Of a DNA stretch of 64,000 nt, positions 49,879 through 61,640 are shown in pieces. The notes beneath the pieces are model-generated. The model was not told where the DNA came from. It was given only the letters and a program-made list of their open reading frames with translations, and made no database searches. Source of the stretch: Centroscyllium fabricii (taxonomy: Eukaryota); contig JBNRSN020000030.1 in NCBI GenBank assembly GCA_051313645.2, forward strand, positions 37,944,001-38,008,000. Reading direction: 5' to 3'. The translations under genes were made by a program, and so were the position numbers. Position 1 is the first letter of the stretch. Each line of letters begins with the position of its first letter.

Positions 49879-50387
49879 ATTATCATTTTATTTTAGACCG
49901 AAACAAATTGTACCCGTGATTTTAATTTAGCAGTGTGATATATTTAGAGAGCAACTTTAATCGACTCGCAACCCATTCATGTCGGAACTGACGCCCGGAT
50001 CCGCTTCCCTGTTATGGAATTAATTTGGTCTCACCGTTTATATTTCATTAATGTGAAGTAATATTATCAATTAATATCGTGCATCTAATATGATAAAATG
50101 AGAATTGATTTAATAACCAATAGTGAACCAATAACTTTCTTTTGCAAAATGAAATACATTTTCACATGAGAGTAAATTCGCCACAGGACATGCAAGTTGC
50201 AACAAAATGTTTCCGCCAACGTGACAGCTGCTACTCTGCGGAAACCTCTCCACTTTCAGTACCAGATCAGATGGAAATGTCCAGCGAGCAGATGAACCGC
50301 TGAAACCCACTTTTGAGGGATGTCCCAAAGATGTTCACAGTGGCTTGCAAAACAAATGAGCTGCACCTTGTAATTAAATATAGAGAT

Positions 50388-50470
50388 GGTCATAAGTGGG
50401 ATTGGCTCCCAAGCTTCCAGAAGCGATTGCGATTTGAACGCAGCGCCTTAAAACGCTCGGCCACCCTGAC
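50388..50470 (-). pseudogene. tRNA-Leu pseudogene
   Basis: 83-nt homolog of 22076-22158. Confidence 0.85.
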
Positions 50471-50878
50471 TGCTAGTAAACCTATTTGCAAATTCTCAGT
50501 TCCGCATTTGAAATGTTTCAGACCGGGTGCTTGTTCACTGCTGCTCGAAGGCTCAGTGACCGGGATATCATCTCCCCCGGGGATTTCCCGAGCCTGTGCT
50601 CGGTTTATGGAGTGATTTGACCCGGGTCCGTGGTATCTTGCAGCCCAGCGATGGATAATTACTCTCTGAGCTCTGGTGCTCTCTGAGAACGAGAATTTCC
50701 CGGGCTTGTCTATGCGTCTGAAATGCAGCCTAGATCTGCTGGTATTAACCGAGGCCGCGGCTGCGAATGATGCATTTTTTCACGTTTATTCAGAGGAATT
50801 TCCACAGTCAGTAGCTGAAAAGTACCAAGCGCCGATATACTCAAGCCGAAAGATAAGAACAACTCTTCAATGTCTTTT

Positions 50879-50967
50879 ATAGAATCATAGAATCATAGAA
50901 GATAGTAGCAGGAGTAGGCCATTCAGCCTTTCGAGCCTGCTCCGCCATTCAATGAGATCATGGCTGA
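50879..50967 (-). mobile_element. 89-bp CR1/HE1 3'-tail insertion with TCTTTT TSD
   Basis: (ttctatga)n tail; empty site at ~22561. Confidence 0.85.
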
Positions 50968-51176
50968 TCTTTTCTTGCAGTTTGGTGGTTAATTGTTTTA
51001 ATCGCAATTCATTATCCGATAGCGTTCTTGCAGAATAAATGAAATGCTCACATTGAGGGATTATCCAAACTTCAATAACGTAACTTTAATAATTTATGAA
51101 AGCGTATTAATTAATGAAGTTTTAGCAGCGATCCGATCTTAGATTTATTTCACTCAAATGATACTCTCGAACATAA

Positions 51177-51249
51177 TGTTCCCGCCCGGGATCGAACCGG
51201 TGATTTTTCGCGCGTAAAACGAACGTGATAACCGCTACACTACAGAAAC
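51177..51249 (-). pseudogene. tRNA-Val(TAC) pseudogene
   Basis: Shares T-stem and anticodon-stem changes with the 22770 copy, plus acceptor and loop changes. Confidence 0.82.
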
Positions 51250-51503
51250 CTCTGGTACAAGCCGTCTCCAGAAATATCTGTTCAAGGAGAAGGTTATTAA
51301 TTTGCCATCAGTAACAACACTCTGCCCCAAACTGCGCAAGTCAAACATGTTCCGTTCAATTGCATTGAAGTCCCGAAATCACCCAAATCTTCTCAATCAG
51401 ATGCCTCTGATTTTGCCCACGGAATCTCTGTCCATTTGCCATTTTCTGCTTCCATCCACACGACTTACTGTGTCACTAACTTGGTGCCATTAAACGTGGT
51501 AAT

Positions 51504-52669
51504 TTTGTTTATATTCATTGATGGGATGTGGGTGTCGCTGGCTGGCTAGGCCTGCATTTAGTGCCCATCCCTAATTGCCTTTGAGAAGATGGTGGTGAGC
51601 CACCTTCTTGAACCGCTGCAGTCTATATGGTGTAGGTACACCCACAATATTGTTAGGAAGGGAGTTCCAGGATTTTGGCCCAGCGACAGTGAAGGAGCAG
51701 CGATACAGGTCCAAGTCAGGATGGTGTGTGGCTTGGAGGGGAACTTGTAGGTGGTGCTGTTCCCATGCGTCTGCTGCCCTTGTCCTTCTAAGTGGTGGAG
51801 GTCGCGGTTTTGGAAGCTGCTGTTGAAGGAGCTTTGGCGAGTTGCTGCAGTGCATCTTGTAGATGGCACACAATGCAGCCACAGTGCGCCTGTGGTGGAG
51901 GGAGTGAAAGTTGAAGGTGGTGGATGGAGTGCCAATCAAGCGGCCTGCTTTATCCTGAATGGCGTCGAGCTTCTTGAGTGTTCTTGGAGCTGCATTCATC
52001 CAGGCAAGTGGAGAGTATTCCATCACACTCCTGACTTGTGCCTTGTAGATGGTGGCAAGACTTTGGGGAGTCAGGAGGTGAGACACTCGACGCAGAATTC
52101 CCAGCCTCTGGCCTGCTCTTGTAGCCACAGTATTTATATGGCTGGTCCAGTTCAGTTTCCGATCAATGGTATCCCCCAGGATGCTGATAGTGGGCGAATC
52201 AGCGATGATAATGCCATTGAATGACAAGGGGAGATGGTTAGAGTCTCGCTTGTTGGAGATGGTCATTGCCTGGCACTTGTGTGGTGCGAATGTTACATGC
52301 CACTTGTCAGCCCAAGTCTGAATGTTGTCCAGGTCTTGCTGCATATGGACACGGACTGCGTCAGCATCTGACGAGTCTCGAATGGTGCTGAACAGTGTGC
52401 AATCATCAGCGAACATCCCCAATTCTGACCTTATGATGGAGGGAACGTCATTGATGAAAAAGCTGAAGACGGTTGGGTCTAGGACACTGCCCTGAGGAAC
52501 TCCTGCAGTGATGTCCTGTGGTTGAGATGAATGACCTCCAACAACCACAACCAACTTCCTTTGTGCTAGGTATGATTCCAAACAATGGAGAGTTTCCCCC
52601 TTGATTCCCATTGACTTCAGATTTGCCAGGGCTCCTTGATGCCACACTCGATCAAATGCTGCCTTATGC
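51504..52669 (-). mobile_element. 5'-truncated CR1-clade LINE (duplicate of 23099-24264), frame open
   Basis: ORF 51571..52767 with AFDRVWH, VPQGSVL, FADD; same TGGTAAT TSD. Confidence 0.9.
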
Positions 52670-53385
52670 TGGTAATCTATGCCTATAGAAGATATTGGAT
52701 TGCCTTTTATGTTATCTGTAATTCTATTCTCACAAACTCTCTTTGCCCCTCTTAATTTGCTTCTCACTTCACCTCTGAACTTTCTATATTTAGTCTACGT
52801 CTCAGCTATATCAGTTAGTTGAAGTCCCCGATTATCACTGCTCTATAGTTCATAGTCAAAGGCTCATAACGGCATCGAGTCTGTGCTGGCCTTCTGTAGA
52901 GTAATCCACTCAGTCCCATCTCCTGCTCTATCCCCGTAACCTGCTAAGTTAATTTCCCTCAAGTGCCTATCCATTATTCACTTGAAAACAATGAGTTTTT
53001 CCCGTTTCACCACTTCGGTCGGCATGGAAATAAATCCAGGTCCGCGCTGCTCGTTGGGGAAAAAAAGTTTTCCTAACGTCCAATCTGTACCACTTGCCCA
53101 ATACCTTAAATCTGTTTCCCCATGGTATTTAATATCAACTCGTGGGACCTGCTTTTCCACGCTTAACCTAACTCATCATAATGCAGTAGACCTCTATCAA
53201 ATCACCCCATAAGCTCCATACTCTTAAAATACACTTATGTAGCGCCTTGGGACGTTTTATTATGTTAAAGGCGCTATCTAAGTACAAGTTGGTGTTAAAA
53301 TGAAAACAAATGCAGCTTCTCCAGCCTGTCCTTGTATCTAAGATCCCCCATCACAGGGATCATCCTGGTGAATCTCCACTGTACC

Positions 53386-53972
53386 TGTTCTGGACCTGTA
53401 ACATGCCGATAGCGACGTCGAGATGCAAATGTTGCTCGTATCCCGAATGACAGTCTTCTAAATGTATGTGTCCTGTGACCTTCGACCTGTCAGCAACAGC
53501 CAGTAGTTTTGGAGGTAGTTTGCTGTGTATAAGTCAGAGACAGCATCGTAGCCAGGCTTCTGGAAACTAATGACATCTCGTTTCATGTGTTAGGCAAGAC
53601 ACAATGTCTGTGAATATCTTTGTTCAATAGTAAAACAAACTACATCTTCCGTAGTATATTTTGTTGATACTTTGTAATTAAGAAGTTTCTCAGCTGCCAG
53701 ATATTAAGGGTAGGCCTCAATGCTGTTTATTTCTATAGTTACATATTTATCTGTATTCTGTTTCCATAGACATGTTTGTGACATCTTGTATATCACCTAC
53801 TGTATAGTATTTACCTTTAGGTAAAGAACATATTTTGTTCTGTTACCGTTTCAAAATTTAATTTGAGTAAAGCTTTAAAACAGACAAGACCTGTCTCCCG
53901 AGCAGTTTTTTGAATAAGTGTTTAGCTGGCTGGATAAGCTAGATAGCATCTGCATCTAGCTGAACCAGTACA
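53386..53972. mobile_element. Solo LTR type A (587 bp)
   Basis: TGTTCTGG...CCAGTACA (7/8 inverted termini), GTACC TSD, inside a CR1 remnant whose empty form is seen at ~12460 and ~11325. Confidence 0.75.
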
Positions 53973-56159
53973 GTACCCTCTAAGGGCCTTCACATCCTTC
54001 CCAAAGTGTGGCGACCTGATCTAGATGCAGTAACCTGGTTGCGGCCTGACCGGTGTTTTATAAACAATCAGAATAACTTCTCTACAATTGTACTGAATAC
54101 CTCTATTTATGAAGCTCAATATCCCATATGTCTTGTCATCCACTCTCTTCACATGACCTACCACCTTCAAGGACCTATGCACATTAACTCCCAGGAACAT
54201 CTGTCCCTGCACAATCTTTAAAACTGTGCCATTATGTGTATATTGCCTTTCACTGTTCCTTCTGCCAACATGCATCATCTCACACTTCTCTGTAGTAAAT
54301 TCCATCTGCCACTTGTCTGCAATTCCGCGAGCCTTTCTATGACCTGCTGCAGTCGAGTTGTATTATCCTCACTCTGTGTTACACTGCCAGGTTTGGTGCC
54401 GTGGACATATTTAGAAATTCTACTTTGTATTACAATATCCAGGCCATTTCTAAATATCACAAAAGTCATGACACCAGCACTGCCACTTGGGGAACAACAA
54501 TGTCTACCATCATCGAGTGTGATAAACAGCCATTTACCACAACTCGCTTTTCTCTATTCTTAATCCAATTCCATATTCAAGCTCCCACTGACCCACCTAT
54601 TCCATGAGCCACAATTTTGTTAACCAGCCTTCTATGCGGTAATTTGTCAAATGCCTTACTAAAATTCTTGTCGCCATATTCCATGCATTTTCTTCTGTGC
54701 AATCTTAAGCGAACATCGCCAGTTTTGTAATTATTTTGGAAGCAAGGTTATTGCTGAACCAGCTGAAGATCGCTGGGACTAGGAAACTGCCCTGCATCGA
54801 CCCTCTCATGAATTTGAAGAACTCTATCAGAGCTCCTCGCAATCTTCTCTGTTCTAAGGAGAAAAACGACAATTCTCCAGTCTACCCAAGTAACTGAAGT
54901 CGCTCATTCCTCGGAACCTGCTTGTAAATCTTTACAGCCATTCCATCCTCCCAAAAATGTTGTCCCCAGAATCCACCTGCTGAGGCCTCAGCAGTGATCT
55001 ATAACGGATTAGCATTACTGCCTTGCTGTTGTAATCTATTGCTCTATTAATAAAGCCAAGTATCCCCTGTGATTTTTAAAAGCCTTCTCAACTTGTCCCG
55101 CCACCTTCAAAGATAGAGAAACCTTTGGTAAATCCAGGTCTCTCTGTTCCTGCCCACGATTTGTAATTCAATCAATTAGTTTTTATTGCCTCAGTTCATT
55201 CTTCCCCTAAAACTGGATCACTTCACATTTCTCTGTGTTAAATTACATCGGCTATGCCTCTGCCCATTTCCCCACTCTGTCGATGTCCTCATGAAGTCTG
55301 ATACTTTCCGTGGCATTATTTACTACATTTTTGAGTTTCCTGCCGCATGCAAACTTTGAAACTCTGCCGAGTATACACAAGTCCAGGTCATTAACATATA
55401 TATCGAAAGGAGCAGGGGTCCCAATCCCGACCCCTGGGGAACACCTCTCTATACTTCCCTCCAGTCTGAACATTAACCGTTCACCAATATTTGCAATTAA
55501 CACACGAGCACAGCATCGTACTCATTCTATAAATACCCATTTATATATGAACACCAGACCCATATACACAACAACAAAAACACCTTGCATATATATAGCG
55601 CCTTTAAATTATTAAAACTTCCCAAGCCGTTTCACAGGAGCGATTCTCAGACAGAATTTGGCACCGAGCCACATAAGGAGATATTAGGACAGGTGACCGA
55701 AAGCTTGGTCAAAGTTGCAGATTTTAAGGAGCGTCTTAAAGGAGGAAAGAGAGGCGGAGAGGTTCAGGGAGGGAACTCCAGAGCTCCGGGCTTCGGCTCA
55801 CACACCCACACTTTATATTTTTACACCGCCTTCTGCCAGTCCTCAATATTGTTTCCCGCCGCAAGTTTAATTGATTTTTAGAAGCTGCTCGACCTATGGT
55901 GTATTTTGAGCAGTTTCCCAGTTGATTTCCCTGTGATGTGATGATTGTGGGGGCTCGGTGCGGGTAATTGGATTTGCTGCAGTCCGCCGGCAGCAGGTGG
56001 CGAAAGCGGGCGGGAGACGGTGAGTGACAGGTGAGCGCTGCTTCTGATGCTGACTGACACCCGGTGGGAGTGGGCGAGGATTTTAATGGCCTTTAATTAC
56101 TCCAAGGAAACTGTGTTTGAGGAACGTCCATATATAAAAACATGCATGGTGTTGCTGTG

Positions 56160-56231
56160 GACATCGTGGCGCAACGGTAGCGCGTCTGACTCCAGATCAG
56201 AAGGCTGCGTGTTCAATTCGCGTCGTTGTCA
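56160..56231 (+). tRNA. tRNA-Trp(CCA), near-intact (one T:T acceptor mismatch)
   Basis: GACATCGTGGCGCAACGGTAGCGCGTCTGACTCCAGATCAGAAGGCTGCGTGTTCAATTCGCGTCGTTGTCA. Confidence 0.75.
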
Positions 56232-56495
56232 TTATTCTACTCGATAATCCCGGAGTTATAGTTTTCTTTGCTGTTCACAATAACTAAATTATTGCTCTTA
56301 AATTGTTCTCACTGTTTCGCCAATGTCAGGGAGTAAAGCGCCTGATGCACCCAGATTTAATTTTACTAATTCCCAAATACAGGTGCTCGTTCAAAATCAA
56401 CCTGCAGGTGGCCACACATGGAATAAACAGAGCGAGAGAGACAGAAAGAATCTGGAAACACCGGGAAATAGGCAAGAGATATTGACAAGCAGAAT

Positions 56496-56742
56496 TTTCC
56501 GAGACCAGAACCTGTCATTATTGATGAAGAACTGGAGCCTGTCCCAAAAACTATCAGCACAGAGCTGGATATACTGGGGTTTATCAATGATTGCTGATAT
56601 TACCAGCCCACCTGTCCTCTCTCGACACTTGGTTCTACCCATATCCCTGAATAAAGAAGGTGATGCCGTGGGGAGTGGATTACCTGAAGAAACTGAAGAT
56701 GAGAACTCTGCCTCTCAGATCGCTGGAAAGATGCCGCAGTTT
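56496..56742 (+). pseudogene. INTS14: INTS14 coding fragment, frameshifted
   Basis: FPRPEPVIIDEELEPVPKTISTELDILG/..IADITSPPVLSRHLVLPISLNKEG...QIAGKMPQF. Confidence 0.86.
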
Positions 56743-57548
56743 TCAGACTAATTGCGGTTTGCGATCAGAACATTGCCTGAAGCCGTGTGGTTTATGAAAG
56801 GGCTTCTGATACTTGATTTCATTACACTCCTTAGAATTCAGGAAAACCTGATTCGTGGTTTGCGGAACAAGTTAAACATCTGGAACTGAGTTAGCAGACG
56901 CCTGGCTGCAATCAGAGCCAAAGACTTTCAAAGTGATCAGACCCGGCGAGCTCAGTCTGCAGAGTTTGAGACTCCAAATGTCATGTTCGTTGTTTCCAGC
57001 CCCATGTTGGGCGAAAGAATATTGTTGAACTTCTATGTTGCTTTCACGGGAAAGCGTCATCAATTAACCAATAATCTTCTTTTGCACAATGGAAGAAATC
57101 CTAATTGAGGGAGATTCGACATTTGAGTAATTTGGACTTTTGCCCATATCTCATTTTACAAACTGTACTTTAGGAGTCTCGTTTAAACATGTGCATTGCT
57201 GATGACACCAGGAATCTGGGCAACTTTGGGCAAATTTACCAGGACCGGTTATTTCCATTTGTACAGAAAATACAATCGGCCGAGTACATAAAATCCCATT
57301 GTGCTGAATTTCAGATTCAACGAATTCAGCATAAAATTAGGGTGAAGTTATTTTACAGTGAAAATATTTTGAAGTAACTGTTACTCGTATTTGTGCCTTT
57401 AATTACAGTTTGTGTCGTTTGACTCCCGCTCATGTCTCTTGTTCCTCTGTTGAGTAAGAAAGGAGGGTCTTGAGTTTGACCAGACTGCACTGACCCTGAT
57501 ATTTGTGAGCTCATCCTTTATATTGAGCGGTTTCTCGCTCCCTGATCG

Positions 57549-57638
57549 ACGTCAGCTTTAGCTCAGCGGTTACTTCGCAGCATCAACTTAATTCTAAGTT
57601 CGAGCCCTGTCGCAGCGCGGGCGCTGTCTGCCGTTTTT
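57549..57638 (+). ncRNA. Vault RNA gene copy 6
   Basis: Intact boxes A and B and T5 terminator; two stem substitutions (AGCGCGG, CTGCCGT). Confidence 0.87.
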
Positions 57639-58147
57639 ATTATCATTTTCTTTTACACCGAAACAAATTGTACCCGTGATTTTAATTTAGCAGTGTGATA
57701 TATTTAGAGGGCAACTTTAAACGACTCGCAACCCATTTATGTCGGAACTGACGCCCGGATCCGCTTCCCTGTTATGGAATTAATTTGGTCTCACCGTTTA
57801 TATTTCATTAATGTGAAGTAATTTTATCAATTAATATCGTGCATCTAATGTGATAAAATGAGAATTGATTTAATAACCAATAGTGAACCAATAACTTTCT
57901 TTTGCAAAATGAAATACATTTTCACATGAGAGTAAATTCTCCACAGGACATGCAAGTTGCAACAAAATGTTTCCGCCAACATGATGGCTGCTACTCTGCG
58001 GAAACCTCTCCACTTTCAGTACCAGATCTGATGGAAATGTCCAGCGAGCAGGTGAACCGCTGAAACCCACTTTTGAGGGATGTCCAAAAGATATTCACAG
58101 TGGCTGTCAAAACAAATGAGCTGCACCTTGTAAATAAATATAGAGAT

Positions 58148-58230
58148 TGTCATAAGTGGGATTGGCACCCAAGTTTCCAGAAGCGATTGCGATTTGAACG
58201 CAGCGCCTTAAAACGCTCGGCCACCCTGAC
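58148..58230 (-). pseudogene. tRNA-Leu pseudogene
   Basis: 83 nt, GTCAGGGTGGCCGAGCG...CCCACTTATGACA. Confidence 0.85.
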
Positions 58231-58843
58231 TGCTGGTAAACCTATTTGCCAGTTCTCAGTTCCGCATTTGAAATGTTTCAGACCGGGTGCTTGTTCACTG
58301 CTGCTCGAAGGCTCAGTGACCGGGATATCATCTCTCCCGTGGATTTCCCGAGCCTGTGCTCGGTTTATGGTGTGATTTGACCCGGGTCCGTTGTACCTTG
58401 CAGCCCAGGGATGGACAATTACTCTCTGAGCTCTGGTGCTGTCTGAGAACGAGTATTTAACAGGCTTGTCTCCGCGTCTGAATTGCAGCCTAGATCTGCT
58501 GGTATTAACCGAGTCCGCGGCTGCGAGATGTTGCATTTTTTCGCGTTTATTCAGAGGAATTTCCGCAGTCAGTAGCTGAAAAGGACCAAGCGCCGATATA
58601 CTCAAGCCGAAAGGTAAGATCAACTCTTTAAAGTATTTTCTTACAGTTTGGTGTCTTAATTGTTTTAAGCGCAATTCATTAACCGACAGCGTTCGTGCAG
58701 AATGAATGAAATGCTCACACTTAAGGATTATCCAAACTTCAATAACGTAACTTTAATAATTTATGAAAATGTATTAATTGATGAAGTTTTAGCACCTATC
58801 CGATCTTAGATTTCTTTCATTCAAATGATACTCTCGAACATAA

Positions 58844-58916
58844 CGCTCCCACCCGGGATCGAACTCTCGATCTTTCGCGTGTAAAGCGAACGTGATAACC
58901 ACTACACTACGGAAAC
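58844..58916 (-). pseudogene. tRNA-Val(TAC) pseudogene
   Basis: 5' half and anticodon arm intact; T stem and acceptor 3' strand mutated. Confidence 0.85.
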
Positions 58917-59169
58917 AACTGCTTAGACATGTCTCCAGAAATATCTGTTCAAGGAGAAGGTTATTAATTTGCCATCAGTAACATCTCCTTCACTCAAACT
59001 GCGCAAGTCAAACATGTTTCGTTCAATTTCATTGAAGTCGCGAAATCACCCAAATCTTCTCAATCAGATGCCTCTGATTTTGCCCACGGAATGTCTGTCT
59101 ATTTGCCATTTTCTGCTTCCATCCACAGGACTTACTTTGCCACTAACTTGGTGCCATTAAACCTGGTAA

Positions 59170-60332
59170 AAAAAAAATTCATTGATGGGCTGTGGGCGTC
59201 GCTGGCTGGCTAGGCCTGCATTTAGAGCCCATACCTAATTGCTCTTGAGAAGATGGTGGTGAGTCACCTTCTTGAACCGCTGCAGTCCATATGGTATCGG
59301 TACACCCACAATGTTGTTAGGAAGGGAGTTCCAGAATTTTGGCCCAGTGACAGTGAAGGAGCGGCGATACAGTTCCAAGTCAGATGGTGTGTGGCTTGGA
59401 GGGGAACTTGTAGGTGGTGCTGTTCCTATGCGTCTGCTGCCCTTGTCCTTCTAAGTGGTAGAGGTCGCGGGTTTGGAAGGTGCTGTTGAAGGAGCTTTGG
59501 CGAGTTGCTGCAGTGCATCTTGTAGATGGTACACACTGCAGCCACAGTGCGCCTGTGGTGGAGGGAGTGAATGTTGAAGGTGGTGGATGGAGTGCCAATC
59601 AAGCGGCCTGCTTTATCCTGAATGGTGTCGAGCTTTTTGAGTGTTGTTGGAGCTGCACTCATCCAGGCAAGTGGAGAATATTCCATCACACTCCTGACTT
59701 GTGCCTTTTAGATGGTGGGAAGTCTTTGGGGAGTCAGGAGGTGAGACACTCGCCACAGAATTACCAGCGTCTGGCCTGCTCTTGGAGCCACAGTATTTAT
59801 ATGGCTGGTCCAGTTCAGTTTCTGATCAATGGTAACCCCCAGGATGTTGATAGTGGGGGATTCAGCGATGATAATGCCATTGAATCTCAAGGGGAGATGG
59901 TTAGAGTCTCGCTTGTTGGAGATGGTTATTGCCTGGCAATTGTGTGGTGCGAATGTTACTTGCCACTTGTCCACCCAAGTCCGAATGTTGTCCAGGTCTT
60001 GCTGCATATGGACACGGACTGCGTCAGTATCTGACGAGTCTCGAATGGTGCTGAACAGTGTGCAATCATCAGCGAACATCCCCACTTCTGAACTTTTGAT
60101 GGAGGGAAGGTCATTGATGAAACAGCTGAAGATGGTTGGGTCTAGGACACTGCCCTGAGGAACTCCTGCAGTGATGTCCTGTGGTTGAGATGAATGACCT
60201 CCAACAACCACAGCCAACTTCCTTTGTGCTAGGTATGATTCCAACCAATGGAAAGTTTCCCGCTTGATTCCCATTGACTTCAGCTTTGCCAGGGCTCCTT
60301 GATGCCACACTCGATCAAATGCTGCCTTATGC
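59170..60332 (-). mobile_element. 5'-truncated CR1-clade LINE (third copy of the same insertion)
   Basis: Same 5' junction ccttatgc|tggtaat; RT motifs in ORF 59708..60310. Confidence 0.9.
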
Positions 60333-61046
60333 TGGTAATATATGCCTATTGAAGATTTTGGACTGCCTTTTATGTTATCTGTAATTCTATTCTCACAGCC
60401 ACTCTTTGCCCCTTAATTTGCTTCTCACTTCTCCTCGGAACTTTCTATATTTAGTCTGCTTCTCAGCTGTATTAGTTAGTTGAAGTCCCCGATTATCACT
60501 GCTCTATAGTTCGTAGTCAAAGAGTCATAACGGCATCGAGTCTGTGCTCGCCTTCTGTGGAGTAATCCATTCAGTCCCGTTCCCCCGCTCTATCCCCGTA
60601 ACATGCTACGTTTATTTCCCTCAAGTGCCTATCCATTATTCACTTGAAAACAATGATTGTTTCCTGTTCCACCACTTCTGTCGGCAGGGAAATCTAGGTC
60701 CGCACTGCTCGTTGACGCAAAAGAAAGTTGTCCTAACGTCCAATCTGTTCCTCTTGCCCAATACCTTAAATCTGTTTCCCCATGGTATTTAATATCAACT
60801 CGTGTGACCTGCTTTTCCACGCCTAACCTAACTCATCATAATGTAGCAGACCTCTATCAGCTCACCGCCTAAAATCCGTAGTCTTAGAATACTCTTATGT
60901 AGCGTCTTGGGACGTTTTATTATGTTAAAGGGTCTTTGTAATTACAAGTTGGTGTTAAAATGAAAACAAATTCAGTTCCTCCAGCTTGTCCTTCTATCAA
61001 AGATTCCCCCATCACTGGGATCATCCTGCTGAATCAATACTCCACC

Positions 61047-61640
61047 TGTTCTGTACCTGTAACATGCCGAGAGCGACGTCGAGATGCAAATCTTTCTTGT
61101 AATCCCGAATGACAGTCTTCTAAAGGTATGTGTCCTGTGACCTTCGAACTGTAAGCAACAGCAAATAGTTTTGGAGGTAGTTTGCTGTGTATAAGCCAGA
61201 GCCAGCATCGTAGCCAGGCTTCTGGAATCTAATGCCATCTCGTTTCAAGTGTTAGGCAAGACACAATGTCTGTGAATATCTTTGTTCAATAGTAATACAA
61301 ACTACATCGTCTGTACTATATTTTGTTGATACTTTGTAATTAAGAAGTTTCTTAGCTGCCAGATATTAAGGATCGGCCTCAATGCTGTTTATTTCTATAG
61401 TTACATATTTATCTGTATTCGGTTTCCATAGACAAGTTTGCTACATTTTGTATATCACCTACTGTATAGGATTTACCTTTATGTAAAGAACATATTTTGT
61501 TCTGTTACCGTTTCAAAATTTTATTTGAGTAAAGCTTCAAAACAGACAAGACCTGTCTCCCGAGCAGCTATTTGAATAAGTGTTTAGTTGGCTGGATAAG
61601 CTAGACAGCATCTGCATCTAGCTGAAGCTGAAGCAGTACA
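61047..61640. mobile_element. Solo LTR type A
   Basis: TGTTCTG...CAGTACA|GTACC. Confidence 0.7.

Noticed and set aside
51571-52767. 398-aa ORF as a functional or domesticated gene
   Set aside because: It is a 5'-truncated LINE RT fused by chance to flanking CR1 debris; the two sister copies are interrupted.
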